The notes under the pieces were generated by a model. That model saw only the letters and a program-made list of their open reading frames with translations, was not told the DNA's origin and did no database searches. This document shows positions 16,762 to 27,328 of a stretch of DNA of 64,000 bases, in pieces. This DNA comes from Leptolyngbyaceae cyanobacterium (GTDB lineage: Bacteria; Cyanobacteriota; Cyanobacteriia; Phormidesmidales; Phormidesmidaceae): contig CBDHHL010000011.1 in the NCBI GenBank assembly GCA_965263355.1, forward strand, positions 1-64,000, given 5' to 3'. The position numbers and the translations under genes are program-made. Each line of letters begins with the position of its first letter. Position 1 is the first letter of the stretch.

Positions 16762-18667
16762 GCAACGTGCATTAGCTGAAAGGGAGAGGCGCAGGCGACG
16801 AAGAGAGCGTGAGCGTGAGGGACAAGTAACGGAGGCTCAAAGCTACTATACGACTGGCGAGCAGTTTATAGAAGCCGTTAAATCATTTGGCTGCAATGAG
16901 AACGGCGACCCGATTCGTTTAAGGCCATGGTTTATTGAATATCTAAAATGGTTGGGAGAATTACGAATTCCTAAGAAAGCTATCAGTGGTGCTCAGCAGT
17001 CTGGCAAGTCGTTAGGATGCACGTTGTTTTTAGCCTATGCGGTACAGGAACTAGGCTTAAAAATGATTTATTCCTATGATTCTCAGGCGGCTCGTAACTC
17101 TCAGGTGACTTTGAACCTTAGGCCGATTCTGAATGCTTGGGAGGAGGCCAAAGAATTGAATGGAAATAATTTAGACCGCAACACTGAGATATGGAAATCA
17201 TTATCAGGCGGTTTTGCTAAATATGTTTATTCGAGTGTTAACCGCAATGTAGGGCAGAGAAAGGGTTTAGCGGCTGCGGGGGGTGTTAACGTGGGCTTTC
17301 AGGCTGATGGATTGATTGATGAAGAACGTTCTCAGTCGCCGCCGGGTGCAAGAGATGCTTTTTATAGACGATTAGCTGAGTCTAAACTTAAGCCATATCC
17401 ACCGCATATCAATCTAGGAACACCGGGGGGTGGGTTAGGGATTGAGTTAGATTTTCAGCAATACGATCATCATTTTTATCCGTTTTATAAATGTCCTGAG
17501 TGTGGCGCTATTAAACCCCTTCATCCAAAAGGATGCTTATTAAAACCGGTGACGTTGTTTGAGCGTGGGGAAGAAATACAACGGTGGTTTTCACCATCGG
17601 GCAAGCCGTTAGAATGGTGGCATTCAGACCCAGACAAAATAGAATCGTCTGCCTATATTGGATGTTCTGAATGTGGGGCTAAGTTGCCTGACGAAGTGAG
17701 GATCGGGGCTTGGTTCCAAGGAGTAAGGTTTAATATTAAATTTGATATTGAGTCAGTAAAAGATATTACGTTGTCTCAGTTTCTCCAAGGGTTACCTGAT
17801 GGCGAGCCAAAAGAGCAAATTAGTAGTGCGTTGATTATTTCGCCATTGCTCAGGGATTCAGACACAGCAGCGACAATGATACGCCAGTTGCTTGGGTCCA
17901 AAGATATTGCTGATGCACATCAACAGGTGCTGGGTATTCCGTCAGAGGCAGGCAGCGGGGTCATTACAGAAGAGATGATCCAACGATGCATCGAACTACC
18001 TATCCCTGAACGTGAGCCTGATTGTGTAGTTGCAGGGGGAGATCAGGGAGTTAATCAAGACTGGCTATGGGTAGCTAGGTGCTGGTTACCTAGTGGATAT
18101 GGTCAGATGTTGTCATCTGAGATTGCGGATAAGACGGTAATGGAGGTTGTTTTTTACGGACCAATCCAGCGTTCAGAGGTAGGGGCGATTATCCAAAAAT
18201 ATAATATTGATGCTATTGCCTATGACTCTAAGCCTGAGGTTGCTGACGGCATCGCGCTAGCCCGCAACCATGGCGTGTTCTTAGGAAAGCAAATGAGTTT
18301 GCCAGAGTATGACATTAGGTCAGAGAATAAAATTCACGATGGTGAGAATTATTGTTTGTATAGTTTTAGACAAGAAGACTTCCAAGACCAGGTAGCCGCG
18401 TCGTTTGATTTGATTGCCTCAGATGGGTATCCGTTATGGAGGCTACCAGAGAGTTTCCATAAATGGTTGCAGCTAAGGAATGATGAGCGCTCACCTGTTA
18501 GGCACCTATGCGCAATGCAAAAAGATGGGGAGCTGGGTAAATGGGTCAGACCGGATGATCATGTTGACGATCAGTTTTTCGCGGCCATGTTTTTGAAATT
18601 AGCCTTTAGGTTATGGTTGGATGAGAAGAATACAAGTGTTTTTGTTGTAGGCAGGGCTAAATGGTAA
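16748..18667 (+). CDS. Terminase large subunit (GpA-like)
   Basis: Walker A GAQQSGKS, Walker B LIDEE, GTP coupling motif, CPECG/CSECG Zn pairs, nuclease GGDQG...DDQFFA. Confidence 0.9.
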   Translation: MVTLRQRALAERERRRRRREREREGQVTEAQSYYTTGEQFIEAVKSFGCNENGDPIRLRPWFIEYLKWLGELRIPKKAISGAQQSGKSLGCTLFLAYAVQELGLKMIYSYDSQAARNSQVTLNLRPILNAWEEAKELNGNNLDRNTEIWKSLSGGFAKYVYSSVNRNVGQRKGLAAAGGVNVGFQADGLIDEERSQSPPGARDAFYRRLAESKLKPYPPHINLGTPGGGLGIELDFQQYDHHFYPFYKCPECGAIKPLHPKGCLLKPVTLFERGEEIQRWFSPSGKPLEWWHSDPDKIESSAYIGCSECGAKLPDEVRIGAWFQGVRFNIKFDIESVKDITLSQFLQGLPDGEPKEQISSALIISPLLRDSDTAATMIRQLLGSKDIADAHQQVLGIPSEAGSGVITEEMIQRCIELPIPEREPDCVVAGGDQGVNQDWLWVARCWLPSGYGQMLSSEIADKTVMEVVFYGPIQRSEVGAIIQKYNIDAIAYDSKPEVADGIALARNHGVFLGKQMSLPEYDIRSENKIHDGENYCLYSFRQEDFQDQVAASFDLIASDGYPLWRLPESFHKWLQLRNDERSPVRHLCAMQKDGELGKWVRPDDHVDDQFFAAMFLKLAFRLWLDEKNTSVFVVGRAKW

Positions 18668-20136
18668 GCGATGCAGTCGGGCCAGATTGGAAGCCAGCAT
18701 CCTGGATAGGAAAGTATACGATCTTATGGCAGCGCATTAATGATGTGTACCAGGCTTTATGTACTTCCGATTTAAGAAGGGCTTACTTAGAGCAAGCCAA
18801 GGCAGAGACTGACATTAGTTATCAGTCTAGGGTTGAACTGGCGACTATGGATGAGTCGCTAAAAAAAGCGATTGCTGCGAATGCTGGATTATTAAATGAA
18901 TTCGAGGTAAGCGAAAATTCGCCAGACGAGTTACAAGGCGAAGCAACCAGTGTCACAATTGAGAATGACAACCTAAAAACGTATCAAGGCAAGGTTTTAC
19001 ATGGTGCATTCAAGTATGGAGTTGTGTTATGCGGTTGCCATATTGCGCCACAGTCTGAAGACCCAGACGGAAGGGTGCCTTACTTTAGCGTAGTTTCTCC
19101 AGACGATTTGTCATCCCCATTAGTTCAGCGTCGTTATGATAGGCAATCAGGACAATACAGGAATGTATTAACTCGAATTGCGATCCGGTCGTATGAGGAC
19201 AGGCCTAGTGATAACGGATTTTCTGTACAAAAGGTTGAAACCTATTGGGTATATCGGCACGGGGAAGATGATGTTGTCACAAAAGAACGCTGGGAACGCA
19301 GAAAGGCTGAAACGACGCAAAGCCATGGCAAATTAGCCATCATGGGGCCACCTGAGGTGATCACTAATGCAGCAGGCGAGCCGTTAGGACGGTTACCGTT
19401 TATATGGTTTTCATTAGACCCAACGGCTAAGGTAGGCCAGCCGGTTATTCCTCCATTCATGAGCTTAACCGATAAGTTGATTCGGTTATTTAATATGGAA
19501 TCTGAGTTAGACGCAATTCAGCGGGCTGTTAATATTCCTATTCCTGCTCAAGGATGGCCTAACAAGATTCCAAATGAACCGCCTGAAATTCCAATGAGTC
19601 GTGATTTTGTTTGGCATTATGTGCAAGGTGGTGACGTTAAATTTGTAGAGCCCGCAGGGACTGGCATGATGATTAGCGACCAGCGGATTCAAACATTGAA
19701 AAACGAGATCAGAGAAGAGAAAGAAAAGTATATAAATATTAGCCAGACAGCAACGGCGGCATTATTAGAGGCTGGTCAAACTCAGATGACAATGCAGTGG
19801 TTTGCAAATGCGATTGAATCTGGATTTGAGGAGTTGTTTAAGTTATGGGCGCTGCTAAGCGATCGCAGTTATAACCCTGAGGAATCAGCGGGTGGAATAA
19901 GGATTAGCCTTAAATTCTTAAAACCGTCGGCATCCCCTCAAGAATTGCAGTTAATCCCATTATTGCTTGAAACGGGTGGCTTCAAGGATACATTCGAGGT
20001 TAGAGCATATTTAGAAGCGATTAATTTCTGGACTAAAGAGATGGAAATGAAAGCCGAACTTAAGCGAGAAAATTCAGATGACGATGCAACCCCTCCAATG
20101 CTGATGGACCGGGGCGACCAATTAGTTTTAGGTTAA
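18661..20136 (+). CDS. Portal protein (DUF4055-like)
   Basis: 491 aa after terL; YL...ET...YQSR, LPFIW, VKFVEPAG and TATAA motifs. Confidence 0.85.
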   Translation: MVSDAVGPDWKPASWIGKYTILWQRINDVYQALCTSDLRRAYLEQAKAETDISYQSRVELATMDESLKKAIAANAGLLNEFEVSENSPDELQGEATSVTIENDNLKTYQGKVLHGAFKYGVVLCGCHIAPQSEDPDGRVPYFSVVSPDDLSSPLVQRRYDRQSGQYRNVLTRIAIRSYEDRPSDNGFSVQKVETYWVYRHGEDDVVTKERWERRKAETTQSHGKLAIMGPPEVITNAAGEPLGRLPFIWFSLDPTAKVGQPVIPPFMSLTDKLIRLFNMESELDAIQRAVNIPIPAQGWPNKIPNEPPEIPMSRDFVWHYVQGGDVKFVEPAGTGMMISDQRIQTLKNEIREEKEKYINISQTATAALLEAGQTQMTMQWFANAIESGFEELFKLWALLSDRSYNPEESAGGIRISLKFLKPSASPQELQLIPLLLETGGFKDTFEVRAYLEAINFWTKEMEMKAELKRENSDDDATPPMLMDRGDQLVLG

Positions 20137-20142
20137 TGTGCT

Positions 20143-20565
20143 ATGCCATTTTTACTTGGTGACCGCTCACGATTGGTTGATGCACTGCAGTTAGTAGTAA
20201 CGCAGGATGACCCTATTAGCCTGTTAGCCACGTTAATGACTGATGTTGAGCTAAGAGATACAACGAATTCGACTGACAGAGCGGGTCAAATAAGATTGCT
20301 CGTAGGTAAGATTGAATCAGCTCAAGATAGCCTTGATTCGATTGACGATGCTGTTTTGACTGAGACTCAGAAAGGGCCAATCACGGAAGAAACTGTTGTT
20401 GATCACTATACCCGGCAATATGGCAGTGGCAGCGGTGGGGGCCAAACAACTGAGGGGATGAAGATTGAGCGATTAAATAATATGCGTCAACGAATAAGAC
20501 GGTTATTAGACCCATATGGTTACTTGAATCGTTATAGAGGTGTGGGCCGTGCCATTGATGGATAG
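20143..20565 (+). CDS. Putative head-tail connector / head protein
   Basis: 140 aa after portal; ITEETV..YTRQY segment. Confidence 0.5.
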   Translation: MPFLLGDRSRLVDALQLVVTQDDPISLLATLMTDVELRDTTNSTDRAGQIRLLVGKIESAQDSLDSIDDAVLTETQKGPITEETVVDHYTRQYGSGSGGGQTTEGMKIERLNNMRQRIRRLLDPYGYLNRYRGVGRAIDG

Positions 20566-20705
20566 GTTTATTCCAGCCGAAAGCCAGGGGGAAGGGCTAA
20601 GTATTAGCCAATTGAATTTATTAACTGAGCTACGATTAATTGACTATAAGAAGGCTCGACGGCGGGCAAAAAAAGAACGCAAACAATTAATAGAGGCGCC
20701 GACTC

Positions 20706-20861
20706 ATGACGATTCAACGCAATCCATTGGATAGAGACGGCATTACCCGTAAAGGACAGCGATGGAGGTTAAACCCGCTAGTCATCCCAGACAAAAAGGT
20801 AGTCTATTGGGATCTTAGGGGGTTTACTGGATCAGTAAAGACTAGCACTAAGCCTAATTGA
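20706..20861 (+). CDS. Small hypothetical protein
   Basis: MTIQRNPLDRDGITRKGQRWRLNP...*, GAGG upstream; stop overlaps next start. Confidence 0.4.
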   Translation: MTIQRNPLDRDGITRKGQRWRLNPLVIPDKKVVYWDLRGFTGSVKTSTKPN

Positions 20862-21547
20862 TTGAACTTGAAGGCGTTTATTTTGATCCAACTATTGGCC
20901 GTTATCGCTTTAGTGACGGTCGACGAATATCAACGGCTGAACTCAGGTTGGTTATTAATGGGGAAAGATTAAAGCTCGAAGGCAGACTATTAACTATTAC
21001 TGAACGATATTTATCAGGCGAGCTAACGACAGAAGAGTGGCAACGCTTGATAATAGCTGAAATAAAAGAATCTAATATCATAATTCTTATATTGGCAGCA
21101 GGCGGGCATATCGCGCTAAATGCAAACCGGCAAAACCGACAATATTTTGAACAGCTTCGAGATGATCTGACCGGCATTGCAGCAGCCTTAGCCGCATTCA
21201 CTTTAGCAATACTGGCAGGGCAGAAAACACCAGGGCAAATAAGAGGCTGGCTTAAGCTGCAATCCAAAAAAGTATTTAGGACGTTTCATAGAACTGAACG
21301 GCTAACACAAAAAAGCATCCTTAGCCACAATGAGGCATTAAGAATGCTAGACCCGTTTGTGATTCATTGTCCAGAATGCCCAGCCTACGACACAGGAGGG
21401 CAATGGTTAGCAATAGATGATGTGATGCCTGCTACGGTGGCCTGTACTTGCGGTCCTAACTGTAGATGTACCGTAATTACTCGATTTAATCCAGCTAGAG
21501 CGATTGGAATAATCGGAGAAGCCTCATTAGTTGATGCCGTCATCTAA
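20858..21547 (+). CDS. Minor head morphogenesis protein (Mu F/SPP1 gp7-like)
   Basis: HCPEC...CGPNCRC motif. Confidence 0.75.
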   Translation: MIELEGVYFDPTIGRYRFSDGRRISTAELRLVINGERLKLEGRLLTITERYLSGELTTEEWQRLIIAEIKESNIIILILAAGGHIALNANRQNRQYFEQLRDDLTGIAAALAAFTLAILAGQKTPGQIRGWLKLQSKKVFRTFHRTERLTQKSILSHNEALRMLDPFVIHCPECPAYDTGGQWLAIDDVMPATVACTCGPNCRCTVITRFNPARAIGIIGEASLVDAVI

Positions 21548-21742
21548 TCTTAATTTCCAGCCGAAATAATTCTCAACTCTAAACAGCATTATTGCGTCCG
21601 GCGCACCCTCACCACGTTCATACCTGCGCCATGTTTTACGACTGCATTTGGCAATTTCAGAGACAGCTTGGAGAGACACCCGTCTAGAGTCTTTCCGTCG
21701 TGTCTCCCATAAGATATTGCCAAAGCGTTTATAGTCGTCCAT
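21527..21742 (-). CDS. XRE-family HTH protein
   Basis: SLQAVSEIAKCSRKTWRRYERGEGAP. Confidence 0.75.
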   Translation of the reverse strand: MDDYKRFGNILWETRRKDSRRVSLQAVSEIAKCSRKTWRRYERGEGAPDAIMLFRVENYFGWKLRLDDGIN

Positions 21743-21849
21743 ATTTTACCCGCAATGGGTTAATTGTTCTCATTTTCCCAATTTTAGCAATTACGGCTAT
21801 TTTTGGCAGCTTATATTTGAGGATATAAGTCTTTTAGGAATAGCATTCT

Positions 21850-22704
21850 ATGTCCGGCAATCCCCAAGGGATGGAGACTAACCTGGAATCTCAGGAAAAA
21901 GCAACTCCTCCAAACGCAACGGCTGACAATCAGCCAACTGTAGAAATCAAGAACCCTAATGCCTTGGTCAACGCTCACGAACGCGTCAAGGCAGAAAATG
22001 TAGAGCTAAAAGCCACGCTCGAAGCTTTGCAGAAGAAAGTAGGCGTAATTGAAAGTGTCTTTGGCCAGCTTGACGCGAATCAAGCTGAGCAAATTAAACA
22101 GCAGATTGCAGAGGCGGAACGCTTGAAGTCTGAGAAAGAACAGACTGAGCAGCGTTTGATTACATCGACAATTGCGAAACAAGAGGAAATTTTTAAACCT
22201 CAGATTATGCAATTAGAGCAGTCAAATTTAGCTCAGGCGCAAACGATCCAATCATTTTTAGAAGACCAGGCATTAAGCCAAGTTTTCTCTACAAATAATG
22301 GATCTGATTTTTACGCTTTCAAATCTTTATTTCCCCAATATTGGAAAGCTGAATTTGTTGACATTGAAGACCGTTTTGCCCCTGGTGGAATACGTAAGCA
22401 AGTCAAACGATTTGTAAAAGTTGATGGCACTCCAGTCACTGATGAGTCAGGCGTTGAGCTATCAATCAACCAATTATTCCAACAGGCCAATAAAGGTGTT
22501 TACGGGAACCCATTGAAAGCATCTTTCAATGAATTTAATGCAGCTAGTGGTGATGGCTTTTACCAAGGTGCTACCGGCGAATCTGGCATTAAAAACCCAT
22601 TCACTGAACAGCATTGGAATGTAACGGCTCAAGGAAATTTGCTAAGGCAGAATCGGGCATTAGCTCAACAAATGGCAGCACAAGCGGGGAAAAAGATCGG
22701 TTAA
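21850..22704 (+). CDS. Capsid scaffolding protein
   Basis: Coiled coil; C-terminal KNPFTEQHWNVTAQG; directly upstream of capsid gene. Confidence 0.8.
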   Translation: MSGNPQGMETNLESQEKATPPNATADNQPTVEIKNPNALVNAHERVKAENVELKATLEALQKKVGVIESVFGQLDANQAEQIKQQIAEAERLKSEKEQTEQRLITSTIAKQEEIFKPQIMQLEQSNLAQAQTIQSFLEDQALSQVFSTNNGSDFYAFKSLFPQYWKAEFVDIEDRFAPGGIRKQVKRFVKVDGTPVTDESGVELSINQLFQQANKGVYGNPLKASFNEFNAASGDGFYQGATGESGIKNPFTEQHWNVTAQGNLLRQNRALAQQMAAQAGKKIG

Positions 22705-22720
22705 CCCATCCTTTTAAATA

Positions 22721-23683
22721 ATGGCATTTCTAGCGGACATAATTGTACCTGAAATCTTTGTTCCATATGCAGTTGAAAGAACAGCGCAAAAGTCGCTGTT
22801 ACTTTCCTCTGCTATGGTTGAACGCAACAACGAACTAGACCGATTGGCTAGTGGAGGCGGCAATAATATAAATATGCCGTTCTTCACCGATCTAACTGGT
22901 GATGACCTTGTATGGGATGAGACTGCGGAAGTCCCTGGCCGCATCCAAACGGCTCAGGACGTAGCAACTATCCTATATCGGAAAAAAGCATGGACTTCTA
23001 GCCAATTGGCTAAATATAAGTCTGGTGATGACCCCATGGGTGAAATTGCTGACTTAGTGGCTGATTATTGGGCTAGACGGATGCAAACGGCATTAATTAG
23101 CACATTAACAGGTGTTTTTGCTAGTGCAACAATGCTGGCTCAACATGTTAATGATCAAAATGCCACACCAATGAACCGAACAATTGCAGTGAATACACTG
23201 GCATTGCTAGGGGATGAAATCAACGCACTTGGTTTCATGTTCTGTCACTCCACGGTTTATTGGAACCTGGTTGCACAAGAACAAATCAACTTCATCGTCC
23301 CATCAGAAATCGACACCACACTAGGCGGGCCTGACGGTCAAATCCCAACTTACATGGGCAAGATTGTCATTGTCGATGATTCAGTCCCATCGAATGGCGG
23401 AGCTGGGCCATATACAACGTATTTTGCCGGTGCTGGCGCGATTGGCTATGGTGAAGCTCGGATGGACCCAGGGGACGCAGTTAAAACAGATGAAGACATT
23501 TTGGCGGGCACTGAATTTTTAGTGAACCGTCGAATCTTTATCCTTCATCCGTTTGGTGTTCGTTGGGGTGGTACTCCTGCGGGTTCTGCTGCAACCAATG
23601 CTGAACTAGCGGTAGGCGCTAGCTGGACCCGTGTTTATGAACGCAAAAATGTACGTCTAGCGGCTGCTATTACTAGCCAATAA
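22721..23683 (+). CDS. Major capsid protein
   Basis: ADIIVPEIFVPY, INMPFF.DL.GD, YMGKIVIVDD and FILHPFG motifs. Confidence 0.92.
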   Translation: MAFLADIIVPEIFVPYAVERTAQKSLLLSSAMVERNNELDRLASGGGNNINMPFFTDLTGDDLVWDETAEVPGRIQTAQDVATILYRKKAWTSSQLAKYKSGDDPMGEIADLVADYWARRMQTALISTLTGVFASATMLAQHVNDQNATPMNRTIAVNTLALLGDEINALGFMFCHSTVYWNLVAQEQINFIVPSEIDTTLGGPDGQIPTYMGKIVIVDDSVPSNGGAGPYTTYFAGAGAIGYGEARMDPGDAVKTDEDILAGTEFLVNRRIFILHPFGVRWGGTPAGSAATNAELAVGASWTRVYERKNVRLAAAITSQ

Positions 23684-23685
23684 TC

Positions 23686-23997
23686 ATGATTTATTCTTTG
23701 CACTATCCCCAGAAAATTGGCAAGAATGGCGCGAGGCCAACAACGCAAGCTGATCAAACAGCAGCCCGTAAAAAGGCTAATGAACCAGCGGATCGCGTTA
23801 AAGAGTTAATGGAGTCTCATACAGTTGCAGAACTGCGTGAGATGGCCAAAGGGCTTGGCTTGACAGTAGGGGGTAGGGCTAAAGAAGAGACGATCGCGAC
23901 TCAAATCTATCAACACGAGGTAAAGGATCATGAACCAAGCACAAATGCAACGGATGGCCAAAATAGCACGGATGGCGATGCGCAATCCAATGACTGA
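23686..23997 (+). CDS. Rho-N/HeH-like domain protein
   Basis: HTVAELREMAKGLGL; typical position after capsid gene. Confidence 0.6.
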   Translation: MIYSLHYPQKIGKNGARPTTQADQTAARKKANEPADRVKELMESHTVAELREMAKGLGLTVGGRAKEETIATQIYQHEVKDHEPSTNATDGQNSTDGDAQSND

Positions 23998-24100
23998 AAG
24001 GCAAGCGACCACCACCGCAACACCTTATAACCGAATTAAAAGGACTGGCGGCAACCGTCGTACAGTTGATTACTCTCGACGTTATAACGGCGGCATGTAA
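23930..24100 (+). CDS. 56-aa basic peptide
   Basis: GAGGTAAAGG SD; MNQAQMQRMAKIARMAMRNP...RRTVDYSRRYNGGM*. Confidence 0.5.
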   Translation: MNQAQMQRMAKIARMAMRNPMTERQATTTATPYNRIKRTGGNRRTVDYSRRYNGGM

Positions 24101-24103
24101 TCG

Positions 24104-24553
24104 ATGGTTCGTCGTGGCTACAGAAGACATAATCGGGTACTAATCGGTGGCAGTTCTCGCAACCTGGGGAACCATAACCTTTTAGTAACCCGTGGCAAAT
24201 CTGTTAGTGACGAACCTAGGGTAGTTAATGGCATAGGAGAAATCCAAGCCAATGGAACGTTCAACGTCAGGGCAACATGGCTAGTCCCTAGTGATCCTGA
24301 CATCATAATTACTGGTTACGAGATCGAGTATGAACAGATTGAGGCTCCTACAGTTGCATGGACAGGCACTGAAGTTGTGACCGGCCTGACAAATACATTT
24401 ATTAATTTGCCTGAGGGAGTCTATAGGGTTAGGGTTAGGACTTTACACGGGTCTGGGCCTAGCAATTGGGTAGAAAGTTCTACTATCAATGCATTTATAA
24501 ATATTTCGTTTAATTGGAACGGCCAACCATCATTCCATACAGTGGCAGCATAA
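24104..24553 (+). CDS. Fibronectin type III domain virion protein
   Basis: TW...ITGYEIEY...NLPEGVYRVRVR...GPSNW. Confidence 0.8.
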   Translation: MVRRGYRRHNRVLIGGSSRNLGNHNLLVTRGKSVSDEPRVVNGIGEIQANGTFNVRATWLVPSDPDIIITGYEIEYEQIEAPTVAWTGTEVVTGLTNTFINLPEGVYRVRVRTLHGSGPSNWVESSTINAFINISFNWNGQPSFHTVAA

Positions 24554-24556
24554 TAG

Positions 24557-25840
24557 ATGGCAAATATTCAGGCTAGAGACGCTAACAATAGTATTGTCTT
24601 TCTGAGTGCGACCGGTGCTGGGACAGACCCCGATCCGTTTGTACAACAATTTGCCAGTTCGTCGTCTGGCTCGCCAACCGCAACGCCCTACCAAATTAAT
24701 GGCACTGGGCCTATTCTGTTTGGCATCCTATCAGCCGATGGAACAACCCTAGCTAATATCCCATCGGGGGCAACCGTAACAATTGGCACTGGGCCAACAG
24801 AAGCCCAGCTAACAGCAAGCTCTTCCACTGGCGGTTTAGGCTCGCTTGAATCTGTCACTTACGATATTAGTGATGGGGCCGGTGGTACCACCAGCACGGG
24901 CAATAGTGGCTTTGCGGTCATTGGTCGAGATGACCTTGTTTATCCCACGGCGAATGACGCGTTTGCCGATGAGAACGGAATTACGATTGGAACTGCTAAT
25001 GGGAACGCGATCGTTACGGCAGTAGTTGGAGCTTCGAGCACTAACGACCCGATACTGTTAGTTTCTGAATCTGTTCTCGAAATCCCGGTTGCAGGCGATA
25101 CAGCAGCCACAGCAAACAGGCCAATTGCAGGCGGGCTTATTACAGGCGCAACTGGGTTTACCGTATCGCCTGCGACGACGTTCGCGACCATCACGTTTGA
25201 AATCGCTCAAGATAGGCTTGCTCAAATCAACACTGAGAGTGAGACGGCGGCAGTCGCAACAGAAAATGAATGGCTGTTAATTTACACGACCGATGGCACT
25301 ACGCCAAATCCCACGATCGCATCAGAGTTAGGGCAATGGGCAAGCAACGGGACTACGATAACGATTAGCCGCAGTGCATTGGAGGCCTTGCGAGTATTCG
25401 GCAACCAAGATATTGCGGGGGCAGCTACAGCATTTAGCCGCTCGCGAATGACGATCCGTCAATATCAAGGGGCGTTCCCTGGTCCTAGGATTGCTAGGAA
25501 TAAACCTGATTTATCTTGGTTCTTGACGGGTGGGGTTACGGGGGCCAATACGGCAGTCCAACAAAGTGCATCGGTTCCGGTCGTGCTTAGTGCCAATCTC
25601 AACACTGATCAACAGTTAGTGCCTGCGAATCCAAGTAGAGTAAACGTAGTCATTCGAAATAGTACAAATCAAACCGTTTACGTCCAATACGGCTCTACTG
25701 CTGCCCAAACGACCGGGGGAAATTACGTTTACACGATTCCGGCTGGGCGATTTGAACCGGATGATTTTAATGGAGAGATTCGAGTAATCGCAGAAGCGGC
25801 GGCAACTGGTGAGATTGTCGCAAGAGAGGTTGTGCAGTAA
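24557..25840 (+). CDS. Putative virion decoration/fibre protein
   Basis: 427 aa T/G/A-rich, Cys-free; C-terminal NPSRVNVVIRNSTNQTVYV domain. Confidence 0.65.
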   Translation: MANIQARDANNSIVFLSATGAGTDPDPFVQQFASSSSGSPTATPYQINGTGPILFGILSADGTTLANIPSGATVTIGTGPTEAQLTASSSTGGLGSLESVTYDISDGAGGTTSTGNSGFAVIGRDDLVYPTANDAFADENGITIGTANGNAIVTAVVGASSTNDPILLVSESVLEIPVAGDTAATANRPIAGGLITGATGFTVSPATTFATITFEIAQDRLAQINTESETAAVATENEWLLIYTTDGTTPNPTIASELGQWASNGTTITISRSALEALRVFGNQDIAGAATAFSRSRMTIRQYQGAFPGPRIARNKPDLSWFLTGGVTGANTAVQQSASVPVVLSANLNTDQQLVPANPSRVNVVIRNSTNQTVYVQYGSTAAQTTGGNYVYTIPAGRFEPDDFNGEIRVIAEAAATGEIVAREVVQ

Positions 25841-26493
25841 TGGCTCCTATTGGTGGGAAATTCATTTCGTCCAGGTTCCCTGATAGTATGGCCTGGTTTG
25901 CAATGCCTGCTAATGGCGCGCCAGGTTCAGCTCAGCCAACGAATATCACGTTTAGGCCAAACAGTAACGATCCTGAGGATGCAAAAGTCCCATTAGTCCG
26001 AACAACCTTCACGTTTGGCACGGGCGGAGCCGCGAGAGTTTCACAGGCCAGGATTAAAGGACCAAAAATTAAGCTACTGGACTCTAGCGGGGCTGAAATC
26101 CCTGAAGGTTCTAGTACCGTTGGCAAGGACTTCGAATTTCAAAACGGCTTCTTCTATAGGGGCCACTACAATTTTGGATTCCAAAATTGGAGCAATGGCG
26201 AGTATGTCGATATCGGGCTAATGGACGCTGATCTATTTGAGGCTCAAGTCATTGCCTCAGATCCGGGTCCACATGCAGCTGGTCTATTGAATTATCAAGC
26301 GGACGGCACTGGGGAGAACGACAATACAGGCACCCTGCGCCTATTGGCTGGTGAGTTTTATTTGGACTTATCAGGAGAAACAAGCCCTAAAAAGTTGTGC
26401 CTGGGGGCTTATAACGCTGATGGGGGGGCGAACACCACTAAGGGTATAGCGTGGTGGCATATGTCGTTGTTTATCTATGAGGTGATGATATGA
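25840..26493 (+). CDS. Putative virion protein
   Basis: TAATG coupling in the structural run. Confidence 0.6.
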   Translation: MAPIGGKFISSRFPDSMAWFAMPANGAPGSAQPTNITFRPNSNDPEDAKVPLVRTTFTFGTGGAARVSQARIKGPKIKLLDSSGAEIPEGSSTVGKDFEFQNGFFYRGHYNFGFQNWSNGEYVDIGLMDADLFEAQVIASDPGPHAAGLLNYQADGTGENDNTGTLRLLAGEFYLDLSGETSPKKLCLGAYNADGGANTTKGIAWWHMSLFIYEVMI

Positions 26494-26690
26494 GCGGTGT
26501 TGAAGTGTTAAGAGCTATCCCTATCGGAAAGTTAATTGCTGGTCAATCAGTGACTATTGAACTAGCTGATAAAAGCATGGTTGAACTATTTTTTAATGCA
26601 GCTAATCAGCTTGTTGTTTTCAATAAAGGCGATGACGATTTGTACTATGCCGGGGCCTATCTTGAGTCAGTAGAGGAGGAAGAAGAATAA
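26490..26690 (+). CDS. Small hypothetical protein
   Basis: ATGA overlap; GAGGTG SD. Confidence 0.6.
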   Translation: MSGVEVLRAIPIGKLIAGQSVTIELADKSMVELFFNAANQLVVFNKGDDDLYYAGAYLESVEEEEE

Positions 26691-27328
26691 TGCCAGCTAT
26701 CGGTGCTTTTCTCCCAGCGGTTCAATCATCTAGCTCTACAACAACGCCTCAGAATACTTACGAAGAAACGATACGATTGAATTCTCAATTTGCTGCTGCG
26801 ACCACTGCAACAGTGAATCGTATCGCTACCAATGGTGGCCCTGGGGCTGCAACAGGAACAGACGGCAGTCAATTCACAATATCCTCTGCTGACTTTGCAA
26901 GCATTCAAGCAATATATGTTGTTCCGTCAATTGGCAACAGTAACGGTTCACAGCTTTGGTATCAGGGATTGAATTACACAACTGGGGTTAATGAATTTGG
27001 CGTTGAAGGGCCGACGCCGCAGCTTGGATCTCTCGATGGGGACACGTTCACCCAGGATATAACTTGGCAAGCTGGATTCGGGCTAACCGGCACAGGCACC
27101 GCAGCCGAAGCGATCACAGTTACTCTGAACGCGGCTGCCTTGACCCATATAGATGGAAACAACAGCGTGACTGTTGATACTGACGGCAATTGGTTTTTCT
27201 ATCCCAATGCACCACAAGTCGATGACCCAACAGCATCACTGATAGAGGTTCGCTCAAACGGAGTCGTGGTCACAACATTCACCGTTCAGCACTGCGCGGT
27301 TGAAATCCAGCTCAGGAGGACGTTCTAA
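26690..27328 (+). CDS. Putative virion protein
   Basis: T/G/A-rich 212 aa, translationally coupled. Confidence 0.6.
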   Translation: MPAIGAFLPAVQSSSSTTTPQNTYEETIRLNSQFAAATTATVNRIATNGGPGAATGTDGSQFTISSADFASIQAIYVVPSIGNSNGSQLWYQGLNYTTGVNEFGVEGPTPQLGSLDGDTFTQDITWQAGFGLTGTGTAAEAITVTLNAAALTHIDGNNSVTVDTDGNWFFYPNAPQVDDPTASLIEVRSNGVVVTTFTVQHCAVEIQLRRTF